From positions 1,500,001-1,532,000 of the forward strand of contig NZ_CP019384.1 of the NCBI RefSeq assembly GCF_004102945.1: a stretch of DNA of 32,000 nucleotides, in the 5' to 3' direction. The number at the start of each line of letters is the position of its first letter. Within the stretch, counting starts at the first letter, position 1. Source of the DNA: Candidatus Velamenicoccus archaeovorus. GTDB taxonomy: Bacteria > Omnitrophota > Gorgyraeia > Velamenicoccales > Velamenicoccaceae. A program made the position numbers and the translations under genes. The notes beneath the pieces are model-generated. The model was not told the DNA's origin, searched no databases, and saw only the letters and a program-made list of their open reading frames with translations. This document shows, one piece after another, positions 1 through 6,105 of the stretch.

Positions 1-32
1 CAAAGGGTTAGCGGTACCCAGTCATTTACCAA

Positions 33-875
33 TTATTTAGAACTGTAATGATTTACAGTATAGGAAAGGATGGAACCAATAATATCCATATTATTTCTAT
101 CATTAAACTGGATTAGCCTCGGTTTTGATCGATTGTTTTCTGAAAACTGCATTCCGTCGGCATAAAACTGAATATCCAAAATTTTATCCAAGTTAGTCGC
201 AAAAGATTTTCTATCACCCCGAAATATAAGTCTTTTGCTGGAAAATATTAATTCCCCGTCACTCGTAGAAACATTTCCTTTTTCCACAACAGGATATCCT
301 CTGAAGCCGCCTACGCGATAACTAACCCCTTTCATCACTCTGAAGCTAAGCCCACTGTACCCGCCTTCGTAGTGCCTGCTCAAAACTTTTTCTTCCAACA
401 AAGAAGCGGGCTCTGACCAATATACCTGTTCCCCCTTCTTTAGAACGATATTTGCGATTTGTAGGGTTGGCATATTGCCGTTCTGGATCTCTCTCACCAG
501 GCGATATCTAGCAAGTATCTTCTTTTTAGCTTCGATTAAATCATCACTCAGATTTAATTCTTTCTGAATATTGTTCAGCTCTTTTTCTTCCTCTTCTGTA
601 AGAGTTGAATCGTCCACTGCCTTATTAAAGGCGGCCATATAAGCATCAATCTTTGCAACCTTTATATCTTCGTCATTAAGGCATAGCTCTGATTTTCTGC
701 TTTCAATTTGTTTTATCTCTTCCGCTGTTAATTTACCGTCCGATGCCAGCTGTATCATCTCATCTTTCAATAACTGAATATTTACTTCCTTCTTCAGTTG
801 GGCTTCTTTTTCCTGTTTTCTTTGCTCGGCAATCTGTTTCCATTCTTCAATCTTCTTCTTTATAAATTGAAGCAT
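33..875 (-). CDS. hypothetical protein: N-terminal K/E-rich coiled coil with two TerB-like helical repeats, C-terminal beta-rich bPH/GRAM-like module (tentative)
   Basis: ORF track 33..932 opens on a TTG. The first ATG (875, MLQFIKKK...) lies 6 nt after GGGGAGG, so I place the start there. Repeats: ASDGKLTAEEIKQIESRKSELCLNDEDI and VDDSTLTEEEEKELNNIQKELNLSDDLI. A Gly-rich beta region follows: GGYSGLSFRVMKGVSYRVGGFRG...GELIFSSKRLIFRG. Lies in the AT-rich segment. Domain names come from motif memory only. Confidence 0.7.
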   Translation of the reverse strand: MLQFIKKKIEEWKQIAEQRKQEKEAQLKKEVNIQLLKDEMIQLASDGKLTAEEIKQIESRKSELCLNDEDIKVAKIDAYMAAFNKAVDDSTLTEEEEKELNNIQKELNLSDDLIEAKKKILARYRLVREIQNGNMPTLQIANIVLKKGEQVYWSEPASLLEEKVLSRHYEGGYSGLSFRVMKGVSYRVGGFRGYPVVEKGNVSTSDGELIFSSKRLIFRGDRKSFATNLDKILDIQFYADGMQFSENNRSKPRLIQFNDRNNMDIIGSILSYTVNHYSSK

Positions 876-993
876 GCCATGCCTCCCCTGAGTCAGAGCT
901 ATATCTCTTGATCGAAGCTCGGCTTCAATCAAATCTCACAGACCACTTAACCAAATCGTGATTATCTGAATACCATTTATTTCTCATAAATAT

Positions 994-1734
994 TTATGTC
1001 AAAGGGTTATTGGTGCCCGGTCCATCGTTATCTCGTTGATCAAAATGTGCTTTAATTCTTCCTATCGACTCTTTTATCTCCTTTCGATCATGGAAATCAA
1101 TGAGTAATTTATAGCTCATAGCATTTGTCTCCAGAATATAAGCAATTTTTTGGAGTTCGCCTATTAATGCGTAAAATTTTTCAGATCTAGAATTGAAATT
1201 TTCAATTCGTTTTAAATATTCATCGAATATTTCAGTCGCCGCTGCTCTAATCTTATCACCTTCTACAAATTCTTTAATAGCTATACAAAGATCATACTCG
1301 TAAAAATTAGTTGATTCTTCCACGAGAATAAAAAGATGCTGTGCCTGTTCGTAAAATATCCTACCATCTTCGCCTGTTAAAGAAAAAAGCTTATAAAAAG
1401 GAAGAGAATATAAAGACTCTTGTTTCATTCTCAGAAATCTTAAGGGAGAATAATCGTCTGATGATAACTTTATCCCAGTAGCCTGTTTTTCTTTGAATAT
1501 TTTTAAAATACGCAAAGAATGAGCGAAGTTTTCTCTAAAAATACCAAGCGCATGTTCAATTCTTTCAATCAGAATATCAATTCCATGTTCCAAATATCGC
1601 TTAACAATCTGCTCATTTTCTCTCTGAACCAAATACTGTCTCCGCCAAAACAAATACGCAAAAAATGCAGGAATTAAATATTTAACTACCTCTGCGCTCC
1701 AATTCCCTAAAAAAACAAGCAGTCTTTCTTTCAT
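994..1734 (-). CDS. hypothetical protein with one N-terminal transmembrane helix, otherwise all-helical; no family recognised
   Basis: ATG at 1734 is preceded by GGAGG (about 7 nt spacing). Hydrophobic helix VVKYLIPAFFAYLFW near the N-terminus. AT-rich codon usage matches its two neighbours. Confidence 0.7.
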   Translation of the reverse strand: MKERLLVFLGNWSAEVVKYLIPAFFAYLFWRRQYLVQRENEQIVKRYLEHGIDILIERIEHALGIFRENFAHSLRILKIFKEKQATGIKLSSDDYSPLRFLRMKQESLYSLPFYKLFSLTGEDGRIFYEQAQHLFILVEESTNFYEYDLCIAIKEFVEGDKIRAAATEIFDEYLKRIENFNSRSEKFYALIGELQKIAYILETNAMSYKLLIDFHDRKEIKESIGRIKAHFDQRDNDGPGTNNPLT

Positions 1735-1822
1735 TGTTTAACCTCCAAAATCTATGCTAACAGCTCGAGGTCTCGCATCAGTTGAATTTCAATTTATGGC
1801 TTAACTAAAAAAGGTTTTCCGT

Positions 1823-2482
1823 TTATAGTACACATTTGATCTTAGTTCCTTTCGTATAAAACCTAGATCCTGGAGACACTCTAGTATTTTTTTTGCGAAC
1901 TTCTTCTCGCAGCCTTGTGCCTCGAGACAAAGATTTAAGATTATCCGGGGTGAGCTTTTCAAAATCTCTCATATGTGCAATAATTCTTAGACTCAAATAT
2001 AATGCTTTTTCAATTTTACTTTCATCCCCCAACTTTCTCTTTAGGCCAAGATGAATATTTTTTACCCAAGCTTCAGATTTTAAAATAGTTATCAAGCAAT
2101 CCCCTAATCCCTTATCTATACTATAATCGTAACGACTATATTCTAACCTCTGAATTCCTCTTATGTCCGCTGGAACTTCTAAGGCACGTTTTGTATTCAG
2201 AAGAATGTAATATTTTTTATTGCTGATTTTCCTTATCCCCTCGCTCAACCCTAATTCAAGCGTTACATTTGGGTTCCAACTAGATAAATCAAAAATTGAA
2301 TAGTCTGCTTCATTAATATGCTTCTTGAGGATTTGCAATAAATGCTTGGTTTCAATATCTGTATTTGCATAGACAACATTAAAAGGCAAATCTTTAAATA
2401 GCTTCCTGACCTTATTCACTGGAAATCTTTGACGAAATGGATGCCCTACAAATACCCTAGGCAATCTCATACGAACTTTCAT
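1823..2482 (-). CDS. nucleoside 2-deoxyribosyltransferase-like / TIR-like Rossmannoid domain protein with a basic helical C-terminal tail
   Basis: ATG at 2482 is preceded by GGAGG. Strand-helix layout: RVFVGHPF ... FNVVYA ... ADYSIFDLSSWNPNVTLELGLSEG ... YYILLN. This matches the NDT/TIR-like fold signature (first strand plus the NVxxELG acidic motif). First gene of the AT-rich cassette. Confidence 0.7.
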   Translation of the reverse strand: MKVRMRLPRVFVGHPFRQRFPVNKVRKLFKDLPFNVVYANTDIETKHLLQILKKHINEADYSIFDLSSWNPNVTLELGLSEGIRKISNKKYYILLNTKRALEVPADIRGIQRLEYSRYDYSIDKGLGDCLITILKSEAWVKNIHLGLKRKLGDESKIEKALYLSLRIIAHMRDFEKLTPDNLKSLSRGTRLREEVRKKNTRVSPGSRFYTKGTKIKCVL

Positions 2483-2551
2483 AAATATACCTCCAGCTAT
2501 CTTGCTTTTAAAAATAGTGTCTAATTATTTTCAACAAATTTTGTCGCCTAT

Positions 2552-2772
2552 ACAGGTTTAAGCGAAACGAAGTGAAGCGATTCCTTATTTACCTCCCTCT
2601 CCCCAGAGGCACGAAGAAAATCACGGATGAGGCGAGGATTGATTCAAAGCAGGACGTTTGCAGGCCGAGCGGGCGTGGTTGTCCGAAGCGCAAGATGAGG
2701 ACGAGCGAGGCCGAAACTCGAGCGCAGATTTGCCACGCTGGGGCAAATCAAGCGTTCCTGCGTGAATCAATC
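2552..2772. repeat. intergenic repeat element, copy A: 28-nt head plus about 138-nt imperfect hairpin
   Basis: The head caggtttaagcgaaacgaagtgaagcga (2552-2579) matches 5937-5964 at 24/28. Hairpin arms are ggattgattca..gcaggacg..tttgc (2635-2660) and gcaaa..cgttcctgc..tgaatcaatcc (2743-2772). The interior shares agcgcaag / gagga / gagcgag strings with copy B. Confidence 0.6.
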
Positions 2773-2800
2773 CGAGCCGAATAATTCTATACTGTAAAAG

Positions 2801-2831
2801 AAAACGCCCTGAATTTATCAGGGCGTTTTTT
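2801..2831. terminator. bidirectional intrinsic terminator
   Basis: Sequence aaaacgccctga-attta-tcagggcgtttttt. The stem is flanked by an A-run on one side and a T-run on the other, so it can terminate transcripts on both strands. It lies downstream of nrdJ in the minus direction. Confidence 0.7.
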
Positions 2832-2885
2832 GGATTCGTTAGTCAGATTCGGATTTCATAAAAAATCCGGGTTAGATTGTCAGGT

Positions 2886-3046
2886 CATTATCCCGACGCT
2901 TGCCTTCGGCAAGGTCGGGATTAATTCGGCCAAATCGGTTTATTTCTCATTAGTCCCTCGCCCCTTATCAGAATATTTGCTGGGGGCTCGGGATTAATTT
3001 GCGCAAATCATTTACGTCGCGCGTTGCGCTGCCGTAAATGATGCGC
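2886..3046. repeat. three consecutive hairpins 3' of nrdJ; the first two are paralogous units with a conserved base and tail
   Basis: Unit 1 is attatcccgacgcttgcc-ttc-ggcaaggtcgggattaat (2886-2922) and unit 2 is attagtccctcgcccc...gggggctcgggattaat (2949-2996). Each is followed by the tail attaattNNgcNcaaatc; the 12-mer tcgggattaatt is exact in both. The third hairpin is gcgcaaatcatttacg...cgtaaatgatgcgc (3001-3046), directly after the nrdJ stop codon. Confidence 0.6.
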
Positions 3047-3049
3047 TCA

Positions 3050-5353
3050 TTAGCATTTCGTATATCCGCAAGCCGAACACTTGACGCAGCCTTCTTCGTG
3101 CCTCACCACGCCGCCGCAATCGGGGCAGACGCCGACGATATTTCCCGTGATGTGCTTTTCAAGCTGTTCTTCGCTCTTGGAGACCTGACTGTAGAGCTCT
3201 TCGCTCATCTGGTCGATGGCGGCAGCGACCTTGGCTTCGGCCTTGGTCTCTATCTTGTCGTTGACCAGGCGGCGCTCGATGACGCGGGCGATGGCGTCCG
3301 CGCAGGAGAAGATGCGACAGCCCTTTTCCCACGATGGGGACGGGCAGCGGATGGAACGGAGCTGTTCGATGATGACCTTGACGTCAACGCTGGAACGCAG
3401 CGCCAAAGACACCAAGCGACCGATGGCTTCCAGCTGGGAGGCCGCGCATCCGCCTGCCTTACCCATCGACATAAAGACTTCGAACGGACGGCTGTTCTCG
3501 TCCGTATTGATCGTGACATACAGGTTGCCGCAGCCGGTCGAGACCTTGGTCGTCGTGCCCATGACGACCTCGGGCCTGGGCCTGGGGCCGATCTTGCCTT
3601 CGGCGACCTGTTTGTCTTTCTTTGTATCTTTTGTGCCGACGCTCAAGACCTGCTCGGAACGGCTCTTGTCGCGGTAGATGGTCAAACCCTTGCAGCCCAT
3701 CTCGTAGGCGAGCATGTAGGCCTTGCGCACGTCGTCGATCGACGCGTCTTCGTGGAAATTGATGGTCTTGGAGACCGCATTATCCGTGAATTTCTGGAAG
3801 ACGGCCTGCATCTTGATGTGCCATTCGGGCGTGATATCGTGGGATGTCACGAACGCGCGGCGGATATCCTCCGGAACTTCCTTCATCTCCTGGACAGAGC
3901 CTTTTTCGGCGATCTTTTCCATGAGCTTGCGCGTGTAAAGCCCCTTCTCCTCCATCACGTCCTTGAACGCGGGCTCGACCTCGATCATCCTGGCGTTATC
4001 TAGGACGTTGGCGCGCTGATAACAGAGCGCGAACATCGGCTCAATGCCGGAAGAACACGGCCCGGCGATGATGGAGATCGTGCCTGTGGGCGCGATGGTG
4101 GTGAGCGTCGCGTTGCGCAGGCGCAGGTTGCTGGCCTCAAAAATGCTGCCCTTATACGCCGGGAACGTGCCCCTGGCGCGCGCCAAGTCCAGAGACTCCT
4201 TGCGGGCCTCGGCCTGGATGAAGGACATGACCTTTTCCGCCAGGGCAATGGCCTCGTCGGAATCATACGGGATCATCATCTTGGCCAGGGCGCTCGACCA
4301 GCCCATGATGCCCAAGCCGATCTTGCGGGTCTGCTTGGTCATCTTGTCGATCTGGGAAAGGGGATACTTGTTGACGTCGATGACGTTGTCCAAGAAGTGG
4401 ACGGAAAGATGGATGATCTCTTTCAACCTGTCCCAGTCGAACTCAAACTTGCCGTCAGCCTTTTTGAGGAGCGCGTAAAGGTTGATGGAGCCGAGGTTAC
4501 AGCTCTCAAAAGGCAACAGCGGCTGTTCGCCGCAAGGATTGGTGGATTCTATCTTACCTAATAATGGGGTGGGATTGTTGTTGTTGATGCGGTCGATAAA
4601 GATGATGCCGGGTTCGCCGTTCTTGTGGGCCATTTTGACCATGAGCTCGAAGACCTCTTTGGCCTTGAGCCGGTGGACGGCCTTGTGCGTGTTGGGGTCG
4701 ATCAAGTCGTATTCTTCGTCTTTGGTGACCTTGCGCATGAAATCTTCCGTCACGGCGACGGAAATGTTGAAATTATTGATCTCCTTGTCGTTTTCCTTGC
4801 AGACGATGAAGTCCATGATATCCGGATGGTCCACGCGCAGGATGCCCATATTGGCGCCGCGCCTGGTGCCGCCCTGCTTGACCGCCTGGGTGGCGGCGTC
4901 AAAGACTTTCATGAAGGAGACCGGGCCGGAAGCGATGCCGCCCGTGGAACGCACGGTCGAAGAACGCGCCCGCAGGCGCGAAAAGGAAAATCCCGTGCCG
5001 CCGCCCGACTTGTGGATGAGCGCGGTGAACTTGATGGAATCGAAAATGCTGTCCATCGAATCTTCAATGGGCAGGACAAAACAGGCGGAGAGCTGGGAGA
5101 GGTCGCGGCCCGCGTTCATCAGGGTCGGGGAGTTCGGCATAAACTCCAGGTTCTCCATCATCGTGAAAAATTTGTGTTCCAGAGCGGCGATATCGTCCTC
5201 GGTCTTGCGATAGAGGCGGTCGGCGGCCGCAATCGCCTTGGCCACGCGGGTGAACATCTCCTGAGGGGTCTCAACCACCTTGCCGTTTTCGTCTTTTTTA
5301 AGGTAGCGTTTTTCGAGGACTTTGAGGGAGTTTTCGGAAAGCTTTAGCGCCAT
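3050..5353 (-). CDS. nrdJ: adenosylcobalamin-dependent (class II) ribonucleotide reductase
   Basis: 767-aa ORF. N-terminus LSENSLKVLEKRYLKKDENGKVVETPQEMFTRVA. Catalytic-core strings NPCGEQPL and TIAPTGT. C-terminal Cys cluster CPDCGG...CVKCSACGYTKC. AAAGGAGAGG lies 6 nt before the ATG. Confidence 0.92.
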   Translation of the reverse strand: MALKLSENSLKVLEKRYLKKDENGKVVETPQEMFTRVAKAIAAADRLYRKTEDDIAALEHKFFTMMENLEFMPNSPTLMNAGRDLSQLSACFVLPIEDSMDSIFDSIKFTALIHKSGGGTGFSFSRLRARSSTVRSTGGIASGPVSFMKVFDAATQAVKQGGTRRGANMGILRVDHPDIMDFIVCKENDKEINNFNISVAVTEDFMRKVTKDEEYDLIDPNTHKAVHRLKAKEVFELMVKMAHKNGEPGIIFIDRINNNNPTPLLGKIESTNPCGEQPLLPFESCNLGSINLYALLKKADGKFEFDWDRLKEIIHLSVHFLDNVIDVNKYPLSQIDKMTKQTRKIGLGIMGWSSALAKMMIPYDSDEAIALAEKVMSFIQAEARKESLDLARARGTFPAYKGSIFEASNLRLRNATLTTIAPTGTISIIAGPCSSGIEPMFALCYQRANVLDNARMIEVEPAFKDVMEEKGLYTRKLMEKIAEKGSVQEMKEVPEDIRRAFVTSHDITPEWHIKMQAVFQKFTDNAVSKTINFHEDASIDDVRKAYMLAYEMGCKGLTIYRDKSRSEQVLSVGTKDTKKDKQVAEGKIGPRPRPEVVMGTTTKVSTGCGNLYVTINTDENSRPFEVFMSMGKAGGCAASQLEAIGRLVSLALRSSVDVKVIIEQLRSIRCPSPSWEKGCRIFSCADAIARVIERRLVNDKIETKAEAKVAAAIDQMSEELYSQVSKSEEQLEKHITGNIVGVCPDCGGVVRHEEGCVKCSACGYTKC

Positions 5354-5458
5354 GAGTCGCCTCTCCTTTCGCTGCAGATGGTGGGATGAAATTTGTGGAA
5401 ATCTATCTTTTAAATCTCTTGAGCCGGTTTATTTTATTCTTTCGAAAAGCGCTTTTCC

Positions 5459-5487
5459 AGATTACCGCTGGTCGGGAGCTTTGTCAA
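5459..5487 (-). promoter_or_regulatory. candidate sigma70 promoter of nrdJ
   Basis: On the minus strand: TTGACA (5487-5482), a 17-nt spacer, then TAATCT (5464-5459). This implies a leader of about 100 nt. The perfect 14-nt palindrome GAAAAGCGCTTTTC (5444-5457) sits right at the predicted transcription start. Confidence 0.5.
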
Positions 5488-5494
5488 TAGAAAA

Positions 5495-5510
5495 ATACCA
5501 TATATTGGTA
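5495..5510. promoter_or_regulatory. NrdR-box-like palindrome upstream of the nrdJ promoter
   Basis: ataccatatattggta has 7-nt arms aatacca/tggtatt around tatat. It matches 11 of 16 positions of the NrdR box consensus acaCwAtATaTwGtgt as I remember it. A weaker second palindrome, caacattttgatgttt, lies at 5529-5544. Confidence 0.35.
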
Positions 5511-5657
5511 TTTTTTATTCAAATACCCCAACATTTTGATGTTTTGGAGGATGCCCTCCCCTCGTTTTTAGAGCTCTCGACGATGAATGCGGTTGTTTTG
5601 GAAGGAGATTTTTTATATTCCGCCGCTAATCCTACGGCGGAAATTCGACGGCGCTCA

Positions 5658-5744
5658 TTAACCTAAATTCGGCTTGCGGCCGTGGTTAGCTTTTTTTGAA
5701 CGCCAGTTCAACTTGCCCAGTCTTTTACGTCTGCCTTTGCCCAT
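5658..5744 (-). CDS. 28-aa highly basic protein MGKGRRKRLGKLNWRSKKANHGRKPNLG, possibly ribosomal protein bTHX-like
   Basis: Found by hand translation; it is too short for the ORF track. ATG at 5744, GAGGG 6 nt upstream, TAA at 5660-5658. 11 of 28 residues are K or R. The MGKG..RR..R.GK..WR pattern resembles Thermus Thx (MGKGDRRTRRGKIWRG...) as I recall it. It has its own strong promoter at 5859-5886. Confidence 0.5.
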   Translation of the reverse strand: MGKGRRKRLGKLNWRSKKANHGRKPNLG

Positions 5745-5858
5745 GGTTCGCCCTCGAAATTTGTTTTGCCGGCGAACCATCCCGAGTCCCTGTCTTCCTG
5801 TTTATCTGGAACAAGGGATGATCCCCTTTTTTGTCTTTATTTTTTCAATGTGTCCCTC

Positions 5859-5886
5859 ATTCTACAACTAAAAACTGTTTTGTCAA
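5859..5886 (-). promoter_or_regulatory. strong candidate sigma70 promoter for the small basic ORF
   Basis: On the minus strand: TTGACA (5886-5881), a 16-nt spacer, then TAGAAT (5864-5859). An A-tract (cattaaaaaaacagg) directly upstream of the -35 looks like an UP element. Confidence 0.55.
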
Positions 5887-5936
5887 CCAGACAAACCTGT
5901 TTTTTTAATGAGCCGACTAGGGCACCTCATCATATT

Positions 5937-6066
5937 CAGGTTTGAGCGAAACGAAGCACAGCGAAAGAATATGTTTCACCAAATCATGGCCGGTCTTTTT
6001 GGAGCGAATTGGACCACAGCGCAAGCGAGGACCAGTTGAGCGAGAAAAAGACCGGCCATGATTCCC
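5937..6066. repeat. intergenic repeat element, copy B: 28-nt head plus perfect 19-bp-stem hairpin
   Basis: The head caggtttgagcgaaacgaagcacagcga (5937-5964) matches copy A at 24/28. Stem aatcatggccggtcttttt (5983-6001) pairs perfectly with aaaaagaccggccatgatt (6048-6066). The 46-nt loop is rich in AGCGA/AGCGCAAG motifs. Confidence 0.65.
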
Positions 6067-6070
6067 TCTA

Positions 6071-6099
6071 TTGTCAAAAATCATTCCCCTTGTTATCAT
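6071..6099 (+). promoter_or_regulatory. candidate sigma70 promoter giving a leaderless transcript of the downstream gene
   Basis: TTGTCA (6071-6076), a 17-nt spacer, then TATCAT (6094-6099). Only 6 nt (acaaac) follow before the ATG at 6106, and there is no SD. Confidence 0.45.
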
Positions 6100-6105
6100 A
6101 CAAAC

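Noticed and set aside
1-1025. Integron attC-like cassette boundaries, suggested by the repeated 26-mer after consecutive genes
   Set aside because: Neither copy contains a GTTRRRY core or an RYYYAAC inverse core. No imperfect-palindrome attC structure is present, and no intI gene is visible. There are only two copies, one of them inside coding sequence.
2572-2784. 70-aa plus-strand ORF in element A, and the 60-aa minus-strand ORF 5917..6099 in element B, considered as small protein genes
   Set aside because: The two homologous elements share only about 9 codons in any frame. The minus-strand frame in copy A has no start codon. The ORFs run through long hairpin arms. A non-coding element is the simpler reading.
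3038-5347. Long plus-strand ORFs (3038..4003, 3216..3677, 4044..4478, 4482..5213, 4625..5347) opposite nrdJ
   Set aside because: They lie antisense to a gene with unmistakable RNR motifs. Their products are low-complexity and rich in A, G, R, D and L, as expected for antisense frames in GC-rich DNA. None has an SD.
5354-5458. Cobalamin riboswitch in the nrdJ leader (expected because NrdJ is B12-dependent)
   Set aside because: I could find no B12-box-like sequence or the multi-stem architecture. The leader is only about 100 nt and AT-rich. An Infernal scan would be the decisive check.
5874-5906. Plus-strand intrinsic terminator (gttttgtc-aacca-gacaaac followed by ctgttttttt)
   Set aside because: The stem is weak and A/T-rich, and no plus-strand gene lies upstream. 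The same T-run read on the minus strand is an A-tract just upstream of a strong -35, so an UP-element reading fits better.
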